Assembly: GCF_016903815.1 (NCBI RefSeq)
Contig: NZ_CP069973.1
Reading direction: 5' to 3' (one strand)
Source: Escherichia coli
GTDB lineage: Bacteria; Pseudomonadota; Gammaproteobacteria; Enterobacterales; Enterobacteriaceae
DNA: 64,000 bases
The stretch's first letter is position 1. Every line of letters starts with the position of its first letter. A model generated the notes under the pieces. That model made no database searches. It saw only the letters and a list, made by a program, of their open reading frames with translations, and was not told where the DNA came from. Position numbers and translations under genes: made by a program. Positions 45,207 to 56,937 of this stretch are shown piece after piece.

Positions 45207-46901
45207 TTAATTACCAGCGACTTGTTTTGGGTTAAGTTTGGTAATATGGCCACTTTCAGTTCCTGCTGCAGGGTCGATGACCACATTAATAATGGTCGGT
45301 TTGCGCGACTGAATACCGGTGGTTAAAGCATGACGAAGTTCATCTGTCGTAGTGACGTTATAGCCAACGCCACGAAACGCATCCATTAATTTGTCATACC
45401 TTGCATGGTGCAATAGATCTGTTGGTGATGGTGCACCAGCGCCACTGAGATCAACACCGTCTCCTCTGTAGATGCCGCCATTATTAAAAATAACGATCGT
45501 CACCGGCAGGTTATATCGACAAATCGTTTCAATCTCCATCCCACTGAAACCAAAAGCACTATCACCTTCAATGGCGACAACCGGAGAACCAGAGGTCACG
45601 CTAGCACCGATGGCATAGCCCATACCGATGCCCATGACACCCCAGGTTCCACAATCCAGACGGCGACGTGGTTTATACATATCAATAATATTTCGTGCAT
45701 TATCCAGGGTATTTGCACCTTCATTAACTAAATAAATATCCTGGTTCTCGCGCAATACATCGCGCACAGCACTTAATGCATTAAAGTAATTTAATGGTTG
45801 AGTATCTGTACTTAATTTTTCATGCATTTTTTGTGCATTTTGCTGCTTGTGGATATTTAAAATATCGCGCCATACCAGTGGAGTCGTAAATGTGTTTTGT
45901 TTCAGTTCTGCCAGCATACCTTGCATACTGGATGCAATATCGCCAACGACTGGCACAGCAATGGGGCGGTTGCTGTCAATTTCCTGCGGTTCAATATCCA
46001 GTTGAATAAACTGTGTATCTGCCGCCCATCCTTTTTTACCGTGTGCCAGTAACCAATTCAGTCGTGCACCAACAAGCATGACAACGTCAGCATTTGCCAG
46101 GGCAAACGAACGCGCAGTTGCCGCAGAAAGTGGATGTGTATCTTCGAGGATCCCTTTCGCCATAGACATTGGCAGGAATGGAATCTGGGCACTTTCAATA
46201 AATTCACGAAGCTGTTCATCCGCTTGTGAATACGCCGCGCCTTTGCCAAGGATAACTAATGGTCGTTCAGCTTTTGCTAAAAGCGAAATTGCGCTAGCGA
46301 CTGACTTCGGGCATGGCAATAATGCTGGCGACGGATTTTCAACTTTTACAATCGTGGTTAACGCTTCGTCTTTTTCCATCGTCGCGGCCAGGACATTTGC
46401 AGGCAAATCAAGATAAACTCCGCCAGGGCGACCCGATACTGAGACCCGGATAGCGCGTGCCAATGCAATGCCAAGATCCTGCGGCTGATTAACGCGAAAT
46501 GCTGCTTTGGCATACGGTTTTGCCGCATTCATTTGGTCCAGCTCTTCATAATCACCTTGCTGTAGGTCGACGATCGCGCGGTCGCTGGAGCCGCTAATCA
46601 TGATCATCGGAAAACCATTTACCGTTGCGTTGGCCAATGCGGTCAAACCATTGAGGAATCCTGGCGCAGACACTGTCAGGCAGATCCCTGGTTTTTGGGT
46701 AAGAAAACCGCTTGCAGCAGCGGCATAGCCTGCCGACTGCTCATGACGAAAACCAATATAACGAATGCCTTCCGCCTGGGCATGGCGTGCCATATCCGTC
46801 ACAGGAATACCTACAACACCATAAATAGTGTCAATATTATTCTGTTTTAATGCTTCAACGATGATATGCATACCATCTGTCATTTGAAGTTGATCTGACA
46901 T
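45207..46901 (-). CDS. oxc: Oxalyl-CoA decarboxylase (ThDP-dependent)
   Basis: 564 aa with the ThDP motif [31 protein letters not shown]. Confidence 0.95.
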
Positions 46902-46954
46902 GATTAATAACCTCGAAATTTTTATAAATTGGGAGCCAGAAGCCCCCGTTAATA

Positions 46955-48205
46955 TCAGATGGCGTGGTTTTGCTTCATTGCAGCAATTTCATCGTCGCTA
47001 TAACCCAGCTCCTGCAATACAGCAGCGGTATGTTCACCTAATAGCGGCGCAGCTTTAATATCCGGCGTAAAGGCAGAGAATTTCATTGGACAACCAACTG
47101 TCAGATATTTTCCACGCAATGGTTGTTCCACTTCAACAACACTGCCACTTTGGCGCAAAGAGGGATCAAGTGAAATTTCTTTCATACTTAAAACCGGTGC
47201 ACAAGGAATATCAAACTGAGTCAAATAGGCCACCGCTTCATGTTTATCAATAGTGACAGTGTATTTTTCGATTTCAGCAAAAATATCGAAAATATGTGGC
47301 TGTCGGGCATGGGCTGTACTGTATGCCGGATCGGTAATCCAATCTGGTTTGCCGATGGCTTTACAGGTGTTTTCCCAGTTTTGCTCCTGAATAGTGAAAT
47401 AAATATAGGCGTTAGGATCGGTTTCCCAACCTTTACATTTCAGGATCCAGCCAGGCTGACCGCCACCACCCGCATTACCTCCGCGGGGAACTGCATCACC
47501 AAATGTGCCATTCGGATACTGCGGGTATTCTTCCAGATAACCCAATTTATCGAGACGCTGCTGGTCGCGTAATTTCACGCGGCAAAGGTTCAATACGGCA
47601 TCCTGCATTGACATGGTGACTCGTTGCCCACGCCCCGTTTTTTCGCGATGCAGCAAAGCAGCAAGTAAACCGATCAGTAAATGCATTCCGGTGTTGCTGT
47701 CACCCAACGCTGCAGCGCTTACCAGCGGCGGACCGTCCCAAAAACCCGTAGTGGATGCCGCACCACCCGCTGCCTGAGCAACGTTTTCATAGGCTTTTAC
47801 ATTCACATAAGGCGAACACTCATCAAACCCTTTGATCGAACCAAAAATCAGACGTGGATTGATTTCTTGAATATGCTCCCAGGTGAAGCCCATGTGATCA
47901 ATGGCCCCTGGATGAAAGTTCTCGACTAAGATATCAGCTTCGCGGATCAGCTTTTCCATTACCTCTTTGCCTTCCGCTGTTTTGGTATTTAATTCAATAG
48001 AACGTTTGTTACTGTTAAGCATGGTGAAGTAAAGCGCATCGATATCAGGAATATCTCGCAGCTGGTGACGCGTTACGTCACCAACGCCGGGACGTTCAAT
48101 TTTAATGACGTCAGCGCCAAACCAGGCCAGCATTTGAGTACAAGATGGGCCAGATTGCACACCGGTGAAATCGAGAACTTTAATTCCTTGAAGTGGAGTT
48201 GACAT
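46955..48205 (-). CDS. frc: Formyl-CoA:oxalate CoA-transferase
   Basis: 416 aa, [40 protein letters not shown]... Confidence 0.95.
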   Translation of the reverse strand: MSTPLQGIKVLDFTGVQSGPSCTQMLAWFGADVIKIERPGVGDVTRHQLRDIPDIDALYFTMLNSNKRSIELNTKTAEGKEVMEKLIREADILVENFHPGAIDHMGFTWEHIQEINPRLIFGSIKGFDECSPYVNVKAYENVAQAAGGAASTTGFWDGPPLVSAAALGDSNTGMHLLIGLLAALLHREKTGRGQRVTMSMQDAVLNLCRVKLRDQQRLDKLGYLEEYPQYPNGTFGDAVPRGGNAGGGGQPGWILKCKGWETDPNAYIYFTIQEQNWENTCKAIGKPDWITDPAYSTAHARQPHIFDIFAEIEKYTVTIDKHEAVAYLTQFDIPCAPVLSMKEISLDPSLRQSGSVVEVEQPLRGKYLTVGCPMKFSAFTPDIKAAPLLGEHTAAVLQELGYSDDEIAAMKQNHAI

Positions 48206-48716
48206 AGCAATACCTATTAGTTAATTAAATATGTGTTAATTTAGCGTTTATTTAAGACATAACGCCTCTATAAATAATCCGCAAAATATCGTCGTAGCTG
48301 CACTCGATATTTTTAAATTCCTGTATCAAGTACTGAAAATCATTTCATCGCTACTTCCAATTCCTTTCTGCATGGTAAGTAGTGAGGACGAAAAGAAGAA
48401 TATGATAAATATTGGTTCGCGGTAATCAGAGAGAGCCGCGACATTTGTGATGTTATTCTTACAACTGTAAGAAGCGCCGGTGATTTACAAGTAAGGGTAT
48501 GATTACGCTTTTTAAAGCGTACCATAAAACATAACATAATAAATGATTTGTGATGACACGGGATTATTGCGGTTTACTTTGAGGAAGATAAAATGCGAGT
48601 TTATAGAACCGCGAGCGCCAAATAATTTTATGACCACAATCTGTCGTATTGTGGTCATAAAAAATTGTCGGCTGGAGGGAGTTAAATCCTTTACCTCAAT
48701 ATACTGCCTGTCAGCA

Positions 48717-49349
48717 TTAGTTCACAAACAGTGCTTCGCTATCGACGATGATTCCATCTTCCGCACCTTTAAGCGCCAGGTTTGCCTCGTAGTATTGCTT
48801 TTTATCAAGCAGTTTCTGCGCATCAGCAAGTGCATTACGAGTCTGTTTGAGCGGCATCAGATATTGGTTTTTCATTACGCCAACACCGGCCAGGCGAAGC
48901 TCTTCCATTGCGCCCTTTTTATCCCCTTTCGCCATTTTTTCGTTGGCAATTTTTATCGCGGCTTCTTTTTCGGGTGTCGCTACATAACTCTCAGAAATTC
49001 CGATAGATGCATTAATGACAATATATTGGTCATCATTGACATTGGTTTTTTTACCTGGCTTAGCGAACTTTGCCCATTCGGTACTGTCATCTGACAACAA
49101 AGCTGAAGCTTCATTGGTCAGTTCTTTTGCCTTTTCCGGATCGCCATGAAACAGAGCCAGGCGCGCTACCTGCACGTCACGCATCGCATATAAACCTTGT
49201 TCAGAGATACGCTCTGCTGCTGCCGTTTTCTGGGTTTGCTGAACTTGCTGAGTTTGCTGTTGTGCCGCTACCGGTGCATTATCAGCCGCCCATACAGTTG
49301 AAGATGCCAGAATTGCTGTGACCATCGTAGCCATAATTAAACGTTTCAT
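48717..49349 (-). CDS. yfdX: Periplasmic YfdX-family protein
   Basis: 210 aa with a signal peptide ([21 protein letters not shown]), in K-12 order. Confidence 0.9.
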   Translation of the reverse strand: MKRLIMATMVTAILASSTVWAADNAPVAAQQQTQQVQQTQKTAAAERISEQGLYAMRDVQVARLALFHGDPEKAKELTNEASALLSDDSTEWAKFAKPGKKTNVNDDQYIVINASIGISESYVATPEKEAAIKIANEKMAKGDKKGAMEELRLAGVGVMKNQYLMPLKQTRNALADAQKLLDKKQYYEANLALKGAEDGIIVDSEALFVN

Positions 49350-49644
49350 ACTTACCTCATTCTTTAACAGTTTTAGAAAACGCCGCCATCATATTGGGTG
49401 AGCATGAAATGAGAAATCAGAGAGCAACGGTCATTTTGAAAGGGTTATCTTACAGTTGTAGTTATTATCGCAAGAAGTATTTTAGTCTTACAATTGTAGG
49501 AATATGCTTCCTGTCGCAGAGAACTATTCTTATATACCACAAAGAGATGTCATTTATTATATCGATGTAAATACTGATTAATTAAATGTAAATACAGCCA
49601 TAACATCGTAGGTTCTCAGTGAGCCATTCTCAGGATAACTTTCT

Positions 49645-49920
49645 ATGAAAGTAAACTTAATGCTTTTTAGCTTATTTTTATTGGTCTCTATTATGGCATG
49701 CAATGTTTTTGCATTTTCCATTTCTGGTGGTGGAAGTGAGACGAGCTATAAAGAGACAGAAAAAACGTCAGTGATGACGACAACTCATTCTACAAAACTT
49801 CAGCCATCACAGGCGATTTTGTTTAAGATGAGAGAAGATGCGCCACCATTAAATCTCACAGAAGACATCACGCCCCCTTTTCCGACAAAGGCGAATTATC
49901 TTATTCATCCTGTGCGATAG
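49645..49920 (+). CDS. ypdI: Small exported protein/lipoprotein YpdI
   Basis: 91 aa with a signal sequence ending in Cys (LLVSIMAC). Confidence 0.8.
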   Translation: MKVNLMLFSLFLLVSIMACNVFAFSISGGGSETSYKETEKTSVMTTTHSTKLQPSQAILFKMREDAPPLNLTEDITPPFPTKANYLIHPVR

Positions 49921-49996
49921 CGTCTGTCACATGGCAGGTGAACAATCATATCTGTTGATGATGTGAGCACCTGCCCAAATGATCCATCCTGAACTA

Positions 49997-50239
49997 CTAC
50001 CGCCTGCCATACCCCACCATAAAGCGAATCATCAAGCCACAAGCCGGGGCAAGAAACATAAATATCCCCGTCACCAGTTCATTACCGCCTGTTAACCACA
50101 TGGTGAAGTAGTAAATGAGTGCAGCGAGGATCACCATGCCGAAGAAAGAAGAGACCGCCGAGACCACGTTCAGTACCTGACCGATGTATCCGCTTACGCA
50201 GACAATACACAGGGCGAGAAACATCCATAAATAAATCAT
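49997..50239 (-). CDS. yfdY: Small membrane protein YfdY (DUF2545)
   Basis: 80 aa with three hydrophobic segments, in K-12 order. Confidence 0.8.
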   Translation of the reverse strand: MIYLWMFLALCIVCVSGYIGQVLNVVSAVSSFFGMVILAALIYYFTMWLTGGNELVTGIFMFLAPACGLMIRFMVGYGRR

Positions 50240-50591
50240 AGCTCAACCTCCTGCCGCGCTAAAAAACCTGTAACTTCAGTCAATTTAATAGTAAGACAAT
50301 CCTTAACCTCTGGCAATTTTTGCTAAGCATCAATGAAAACAGCATGTTAAATGCAAGACTGTTGCGTACGGAAAAATATTTACTTTGCACGATTAATAAT
50401 CAGTAGCTGAAAGCAGTCAGCCAGTGATAAAGTACAGATACCGCATTCATGCTCCTCGTGGTTATGTCCTGACTAGTCTTTACACTCTTTACAGGAACCA
50501 TTGTCGTACATGATGGCCCAACCAATTGAGTGTACCGCTGTCGACATGGAATCTTCTGCGATACAACAATTCGTATCTACAGAAGGTAACT

Positions 50592-51512
50592 ATGTTTCCA
50601 AAATGCAAATTTTCCCGCGAGTTTCTGCATCCTCGCTACTGGCTCACATGGTTTGGGCTTGGTGTACTCTGGCTTTGGGTACAGCTTCCTTATCCTGTTC
50701 TCTGCTTTCTCGGCACGCGTATTGGCGCAATGGCGCGACCATTCCTGAAACGGCGTGAATCTATCGCCCGTAAAAACCTGGAACTTTGTTTCCCGCAGCA
50801 TTCTGCTGAAGAGCGCGAGAAGATGATCGCCGAAAACTTTCGTTCACTCGGCATGGCGCTGGTAGAAACCGGCATGGCGTGGTTCTGGCCCGACAGTCGC
50901 GTACGCAAATGGTTTGATGTTGAAGGGCTGGATAACCTTAAACGCGCACAAATGCAAAATCGCGGCGTAATGGTTGTCGGCGTCCATTTTATGTCGCTGG
51001 AACTGGGCGGCCGCGTGATGGGACTGTGTCAACCAATGATGGCTACCTATCGTCCACATAATAATCAGCTGATGGAATGGGTGCAGACCCGTGGGCGCAT
51101 GCGCTCTAACAAAGCGATGATCGGCAGAAATAATCTGCGCGGCATTGTTGGTGCACTGAAGAAAGGTGAAGCGGTATGGTTTGCTCCCGATCAGGATTAT
51201 GGTCGTAAAGGCAGCTCCTTCGCGCCGTTCTTTGCGGTGGAAAATGTCGCCACAACCAATGGTACGTATGTCCTTTCACGTCTCTCTGGCGCAGCCATGT
51301 TAACCGTAACGATGGTAAGAAAAGCGGATTACAGCGGATATCGTTTGTACATCACCCCAGAGATGGAAGGCTACCCGGCAGATGAAAATCAAGCCGCTGC
51401 CTATATGAACAAGATTATCGAAAAAGAGATCATGCGCGCACCGGAGCAGTACCTCTGGATCCACCGTCGCTTTAAAACGCGCCCGGTGGGAGAATCGTCG
51501 CTATACATTTAA
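50592..51512 (+). CDS. lpxP: Cold-induced lipid A palmitoleoyl acyltransferase LpxP
   Basis: 306 aa from MFPKCKFSREFLHPRYWLTWFGLGVLWL..., an LpxL paralogue. Confidence 0.93.
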   Translation: MFPKCKFSREFLHPRYWLTWFGLGVLWLWVQLPYPVLCFLGTRIGAMARPFLKRRESIARKNLELCFPQHSAEEREKMIAENFRSLGMALVETGMAWFWPDSRVRKWFDVEGLDNLKRAQMQNRGVMVVGVHFMSLELGGRVMGLCQPMMATYRPHNNQLMEWVQTRGRMRSNKAMIGRNNLRGIVGALKKGEAVWFAPDQDYGRKGSSFAPFFAVENVATTNGTYVLSRLSGAAMLTVTMVRKADYSGYRLYITPEMEGYPADENQAAAYMNKIIEKEIMRAPEQYLWIHRRFKTRPVGESSLYI

Positions 51513-51867
51513 CAAACTGCTCTAACTCTTTCCCTCCTCAAATCAGCCATAATAACCTCATGGTTTTTATGGCTTTTTTCTTAAGGTTTTTTCCTTCGCT
51601 GAATCTCTAATTATTACCGTCAGAAATTAAACTGTCGCCGATATGAGACACCTGTAAGTTACTAAAAGTAAATAAGAAAATGCCTCTTGTCTCGTTTCAG
51701 TTTTAGGCGTACATTAGCGCCGTCTGGAGCAGTTTAGCTCAGAATTCTGGGGTGATGCCCACGGTAAAATACAGGACTTTTAAGGTCGTTTTGCCCGGTG
51801 TCAACTCACTGTATCAGGTGTAATGAAGTCATTCAGGCGTAACAGTAATTACGCGGAGAGATGTAAA

Positions 51868-51939
51868 GTGAAATATTTCTTTATGGGCATTTCTTTTATG
51901 GTCATCGTTTGGGCCGGTACTTTTGCCCTGATGATCTAA
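51868..51939 (+). CDS. ypdK: 23-aa membrane peptide YpdK
   Basis: GTG start. KYFFMGISFMVIVWAGTFALMI matches K-12 YpdK as recalled. Followed by a terminator. Confidence 0.7.
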   Translation: MKYFFMGISFMVIVWAGTFALMI

Positions 51940-51956
51940 AAGCAAACTGTGCAATG

Positions 51957-51993
51957 AAAAACAGGAGCCATCAGGCTCCTGTTTGCATTTTTG
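51957..51993. terminator. Bidirectional terminator between ypdK and alaC
   Basis: ACAGGAGCC-ATCA-GGCTCCTGT hairpin flanked by AAAA upstream and TTGCATTTTT downstream. Confidence 0.6.
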
Positions 51994-52003
51994 AGGTCGG
52001 TGT

Positions 52004-53242
52004 TTATTCCGCGTTTTCGTGAATATGTTTGCTGCTGGCGGGTAGTAAACCATCGGCACGGAACATCGCTTTAATCCCACGAATCGCCTGACGAATACGG
52101 TCGCGGTTTTCAATCAGTGCAAAGCGAACATGCGTGTCGCCGTAGTCGCCAAAGCCAATCCCCGGAGAGACACAGACCTTCGCTTCGTTCAGCAGCTTCT
52201 TGGCAAATTCCAGCGAGCCCATGGCAGCATACGGTTCCGGGATTTTCGCCCAGACATACATCGAAGCCTTCGGCATTTCGACCATCCAGCCCGCTTCATG
52301 CAGCCCTTTTACCAGTACATCACGGCGGCGTTTGTACTGTTCAGCAATGTCGCGCACGCACTGCTGATCGCCCTCCAGCGCCGCAATCGCTGCCACCTGC
52401 AACGGCGTAAAGGTGCCGTAATCGTGATAGCTTTTAATACGTGCCAACGCGCTGACCAGCGTTTTGTTGCCAACCATAAAGCCGATACGCCAGCCCGCCA
52501 TGTTGTAACTTTTCGACAGGGTAAAGAACTCGACCGCCACGTCGCGTGCGCCCGGCACCTGCATGATTGACGGCGCTTTCCAGCCATCGTAGACGATATC
52601 GGCATAGGCCAGGTCATGGACCACCAGCACATCGTAGCGTTTTGCCAGCGCCACAACCTTCTCAAAGAATTCCAGTTCCACGCATTGCGCGGTTGGGTTC
52701 GACGGGAAGCCGAGGATCATCATCTTCGGTTTCGGATAACTTTCGCGAATGGCGCGTTCCAGTTCGTTGAAGAAATCGACACCTTCCACCAGCGGCACTG
52801 AGCGTACCTGCGCCCCGGCAATCACCGCGCCGTAAATATGAATCGGGTAGCTTGGATTAGGCACCAGTACAGTGTCACCATGATCCAGCGTCGCCAGCAT
52901 CAGATGCGCCAGTCCCTCTTTCGAACCAATGGTGACGATGGCTTCTGATTCCGGGTCGATCTCGACGTCGTAGCGATCCTGATACCAGCGGGAAATGGCG
53001 CGACGTAGCCGCGGAATGCCGCGTGACGTGGAGTAACCATGCGTGTCCGGGCGCTGGGCCACCGTACATAATTTTTCGACGATATGCGGCGGAGTCGCAC
53101 CGTCCGGGTTACCCATACTGAAATCGATAATATCTTCGCCGCGCCGACGCGCAGCCATTTTCAGTTCAGCGGTAATATTAAAAACGTAGGGCGGGAGACG
53201 ATCAATGCGCGTAAAGCGACGTTCAGGGCGAGTGTCAGCCAT
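52004..53242 (-). CDS. alaC: Glutamate-pyruvate aminotransferase AlaC
   Basis: 412 aa, class I aminotransferase with the [13 protein letters not shown]-Lys motif. Confidence 0.95.
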   Translation of the reverse strand: MADTRPERRFTRIDRLPPYVFNITAELKMAARRRGEDIIDFSMGNPDGATPPHIVEKLCTVAQRPDTHGYSTSRGIPRLRRAISRWYQDRYDVEIDPESEAIVTIGSKEGLAHLMLATLDHGDTVLVPNPSYPIHIYGAVIAGAQVRSVPLVEGVDFFNELERAIRESYPKPKMMILGFPSNPTAQCVELEFFEKVVALAKRYDVLVVHDLAYADIVYDGWKAPSIMQVPGARDVAVEFFTLSKSYNMAGWRIGFMVGNKTLVSALARIKSYHDYGTFTPLQVAAIAALEGDQQCVRDIAEQYKRRRDVLVKGLHEAGWMVEMPKASMYVWAKIPEPYAAMGSLEFAKKLLNEAKVCVSPGIGFGDYGDTHVRFALIENRDRIRQAIRGIKAMFRADGLLPASSKHIHENAE

Positions 53243-53618
53243 AATTTCCTCAGATTAACGTTAGCGCCCGGACCGTCCGAGCGACGCTGCCACGATGGTG
53301 GCTGTTTTGAAAATAGCCTGATTAATTTCTGTCTGTCCAGCGTTTTAGAACATTTTTATCAATGGCTTTAAATGAGGAACTCCACTTCAAAAACAGGAAA
53401 TTTATCTGCGCTAACAAGAAAATTACCACTCATTTTATTAACATTATAATTTCAATAAATTTACCAAGCAGATGTGCATTATCAAGAGATGCATTGCTAA
53501 TACACCATTTATCTTTCAATCCCCTTTTAAAATTGTGGTTTTTCCTCAAAAACGGCCTGCTGGTCATCAGCCTTCAGGTTACCTATCATAGAGGTTTAAT
53601 CCTTATTCAGAGTCACCC

Positions 53619-55316
53619 GTGCACGAAATATTCAACATGCTGCTGGCGGTCTTCGATCGGGCAGCGTTAATGCTTATCTGCCTGTTCTTTCTCATCCGTA
53701 TCCGCCTGTTTCGCGAACTGTTGCACAAGTCGGCGCACTCCCCAAAAGAGCTGCTCGCTGTTACCGCCATTTTCTCGCTGTTCGCCCTGTTCAGCACCTG
53801 GTCCGGCGTTCCCGTAGAAGGCTCGCTAGTGAACGTTCGTATTATCGCGGTGATGTCAGGCGGGATTCTGTTTGGCCCGTGGGTAGGCATCATTACCGGC
53901 GTGATTGCGGGTATTCACCGGTATTTAATTGATATCGGCGGCGTGACGGCGATCCCCTGCTTTATCACCAGCATTCTGGCGGGTTGTATATCGGGCTGGA
54001 TCAACCTGAAAATCCCCAAAGCACAGCGCTGGCGCGTCGGTATTCTCGGCGGCATGTTATGTGAAACGTTGACCATGATTCTGGTGATTGTCTGGGCACC
54101 AACTACCGCGTTGGGGATCGATATCGTCTCTAAAATCGGCATTCCGATGATCCTCGGTAGCGTCTGTATCGGCTTTATTGTGCTGCTGGTGCAAAGCGTT
54201 GAGGGCGAAAAAGAGGCCAGCGCCGCGCGGCAGGCCAAGCTGGCGCTGGATATCGCCAACAAAACGCTGCCGCTGTTTCGCCATGTCAATAGCGAGTCAT
54301 TACGCAAAGTTTGTGAAATTATCCGCGATGATATTCATGCCGATGCGGTGGCGATTACCAATACCGATCATGTGCTGGCCTATGTTGGCGTGGGTGAACA
54401 CAACTATCAGAATGGCGATGACTTCATTAGCCCGACTACCCGACAGGCGATGAATTACGGAAAAATCATCATTAAAAACAATGATGAAGCCCACCGCACA
54501 CCAGAGATTCATTCCATGCTGGTGATCCCATTGTGGGAGAAAGGCGTTGTGACCGGAACACTGAAAATTTACTACTGCCACGCGCATCAGATTACGTCAT
54601 CATTACAGGAAATGGCGGTCGGTCTGTCGCAAATCATCTCCACGCAACTGGAGGTTTCACGCGCCGAGCAGCTACGTGAAATGGCAAATAAGGCAGAGCT
54701 TCGCGCCCTGCAAAGCAAAATTAATCCCCATTTCCTGTTTAACGCTTTGAACGCTATTTCATCGTCAATCCGTCTGAATCCGGATACCGCTCGCCAGCTG
54801 ATCTTTAATCTGTCGCGTTATCTGCGCTATAACATTGAATTAAAAGACGATGAGCAAATCGATATCAAAAAAGAGCTGTATCAAATTAAAGACTATATTG
54901 CCATTGAGCAGGCCCGCTTTGGCGACAAGCTGACGGTTATCTATGATATTGATGAAGAGGTGAATTGCTGCATTCCCAGCCTGCTGATCCAGCCGCTGGT
55001 GGAGAACGCCATTGTCCACGGTATTCTGCCTTGCAAAGGTAAAGGCGTTGTCACCATCAGCGTTGCAGAGTGCGGTAATCGGGTACGCATTGCGGTGCGG
55101 GATACCGGGCACGGCATCGATCCAAAGGTGATTGAGCGGGTCGAAGCGAACGAAATGCCGGGCAATAAAATTGGCCTGCTGAATGTCCATCATCGCGTGA
55201 AGTTATTGTATGGCGAGGGGCTGCATATCCGCCGCCTGGAACCGGGGACGGAAATTGCGTTTTACATTCCTAACCAACGCACCCCAGTCGCCTCACAGGC
55301 TACGTTATTGCTTTGA
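53619..55316 (+). CDS. ypdA: LytS-family sensor histidine kinase YpdA
   Basis: 565 aa with an N-terminal 5TM-LytS domain, a GAF domain, and the His_kinase motif [11 protein letters not shown]. Confidence 0.93.
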   Translation: MHEIFNMLLAVFDRAALMLICLFFLIRIRLFRELLHKSAHSPKELLAVTAIFSLFALFSTWSGVPVEGSLVNVRIIAVMSGGILFGPWVGIITGVIAGIHRYLIDIGGVTAIPCFITSILAGCISGWINLKIPKAQRWRVGILGGMLCETLTMILVIVWAPTTALGIDIVSKIGIPMILGSVCIGFIVLLVQSVEGEKEASAARQAKLALDIANKTLPLFRHVNSESLRKVCEIIRDDIHADAVAITNTDHVLAYVGVGEHNYQNGDDFISPTTRQAMNYGKIIIKNNDEAHRTPEIHSMLVIPLWEKGVVTGTLKIYYCHAHQITSSLQEMAVGLSQIISTQLEVSRAEQLREMANKAELRALQSKINPHFLFNALNAISSSIRLNPDTARQLIFNLSRYLRYNIELKDDEQIDIKKELYQIKDYIAIEQARFGDKLTVIYDIDEEVNCCIPSLLIQPLVENAIVHGILPCKGKGVVTISVAECGNRVRIAVRDTGHGIDPKVIERVEANEMPGNKIGLLNVHHRVKLLYGEGLHIRRLEPGTEIAFYIPNQRTPVASQATLLL

Positions 55317-55330
55317 GCCGGAGTGATATT

Positions 55331-56065
55331 GTGAAAGTCATCATTGTTGAAGACGAATTCCTGGCACAACAGGAACTGAGCTGGCTAATTAAAGAGCACA
55401 GCCAGATGGAGATTGTCGGCACCTTTGACGACGGTCTGGACGTGTTGAAGTTTTTGCAGCATAACCGCGTCGACGCCATTTTTCTGGATATCAATATTCC
55501 GTCGCTGGATGGCGTGTTGCTGGCGCAAAACATCAGCCAGTTCGCCCATAAACCGTTTATTGTGTTCATCACCGCGTGGAAAGAACATGCGGTAGAAGCA
55601 TTTGAACTGGAAGCGTTTGACTACATTCTCAAACCGTATCAGGAGTCACGCATTACCGGGATGCTGCAAAAACTGGAAGCAGCCTGGCAACAACAGCAGA
55701 CCAGCAGTACGCCTGCCGCGACGGTAACGCGTGAGAATGACACCATTAATCTGGTGAAAGATGAGCGAATCATTGTCACGCCAATTAACGATATCTATTA
55801 CGCCGAAGCGCACGAGAAAATGACCTTTGTCTATACGCGGCGTGAATCCTACGTAATGCCGATGAACATTACCGAGTTTTGCAGCAAGCTGCCGCCGTCG
55901 CATTTTTTCCGCTGCCATCGCTCATTTTGTGTCAATCTGAACAAAATCCGCGAGATCGAACCGTGGTTTAATAACACCTATATTCTGCGGCTGAAAGATC
56001 TGGATTTTGAAGTGCCGGTCAGCCGCAGCAAAGTTAAAGAATTCCGCCAGTTAATGCATCTTTAA
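55331..56065 (+). CDS. ypdB: LytTR-family response regulator YpdB
   Basis: 244 aa from the GTG start (VKVIIVEDEFLAQQEL...) with a LytTR C-domain. Confidence 0.93.
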   Translation: MKVIIVEDEFLAQQELSWLIKEHSQMEIVGTFDDGLDVLKFLQHNRVDAIFLDINIPSLDGVLLAQNISQFAHKPFIVFITAWKEHAVEAFELEAFDYILKPYQESRITGMLQKLEAAWQQQQTSSTPAATVTRENDTINLVKDERIIVTPINDIYYAEAHEKMTFVYTRRESYVMPMNITEFCSKLPPSHFFRCHRSFCVNLNKIREIEPWFNNTYILRLKDLDFEVPVSRSKVKEFRQLMHL

Positions 56066-56077
56066 TCGGGAACTTTC

Positions 56078-56935
56078 ATGAAAGCACCAGGCTTGCCCGC
56101 CGATCAACAATTTTTCGCCGATCTGTTCAGCGGCCTGGTGCTTAACCCGCAACTACTGGGGCGCGTCTGGTTTGCCAGCCAGCCTGCCTCATTGCCAGTG
56201 GGCAGTTTATGTATTGATTTTCCCCGTCTGGATATCGTGCTACGCGGCGAATACGGCAATCTGCTGGAAGCAAAGCAGCAACGTATGGTGGAAGGAGAAA
56301 TGCTGTTTATTCCGGCACGCGCGGCTAATTTACCGGTCAACAACAAACCGGTGATGCTGTTAAGCCTGGTGTTCGCTCCGACCTGGCTTGGGTTATCGTT
56401 TTACGATAGCCGCACCACGTCGTTGTTGCATCCTGCTCGCCAGATCCAGCTTCCCAGCCTGCAACGCGGTGAAGGTGAAGCGATGCTTACCGCCCTCACC
56501 CATCTTAGCCGTTCACCGCTGGAGCAGAATATCATTCAGCCACTGGTGTTAAGTTTGCTGCATCTTTGCCGCAACGTGGTGAATATGCCACCGGGCAATT
56601 CGCAGCCGCGCAGCGATTTTCTCTATCACAGCATTTGTAACTGGGTTCAGGATAATTATGCCCAGCCGCTCACCCGCGAGAGCGTGGCGCAGTTTTTTAA
56701 TATCACGCCCAATCATCTGTCAAAACTGTTTGCCCAACATGGGACGATGCGTTTTATCGAGTATGTTCGCTGGGTGCGAATGGCGAAGGCGAGGATGATT
56801 TTGCAGAAATATCATCTGTCGATTCATGAAGTGGCGCAGCGTTGCGGTTTTCCGGATAGCGATTATTTTTGTCGCGTCTTCCGGCGTCAGTTTGGTCTGA
56901 CGCCGGGAGAGTACAGCGCCCGCTTTCGGGGCTAA
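56078..56935 (+). CDS. ypdC: AraC-family transcriptional regulator YpdC
   Basis: 285 aa with a C-terminal double HTH (RFIEYVRWVRMAKARMIL...GFPDSDYFCRVFRRQFG). Confidence 0.9.
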   Translation: MKAPGLPADQQFFADLFSGLVLNPQLLGRVWFASQPASLPVGSLCIDFPRLDIVLRGEYGNLLEAKQQRMVEGEMLFIPARAANLPVNNKPVMLLSLVFAPTWLGLSFYDSRTTSLLHPARQIQLPSLQRGEGEAMLTALTHLSRSPLEQNIIQPLVLSLLHLCRNVVNMPPGNSQPRSDFLYHSICNWVQDNYAQPLTRESVAQFFNITPNHLSKLFAQHGTMRFIEYVRWVRMAKARMILQKYHLSIHEVAQRCGFPDSDYFCRVFRRQFGLTPGEYSARFRG

Positions 56936-56937
56936 CT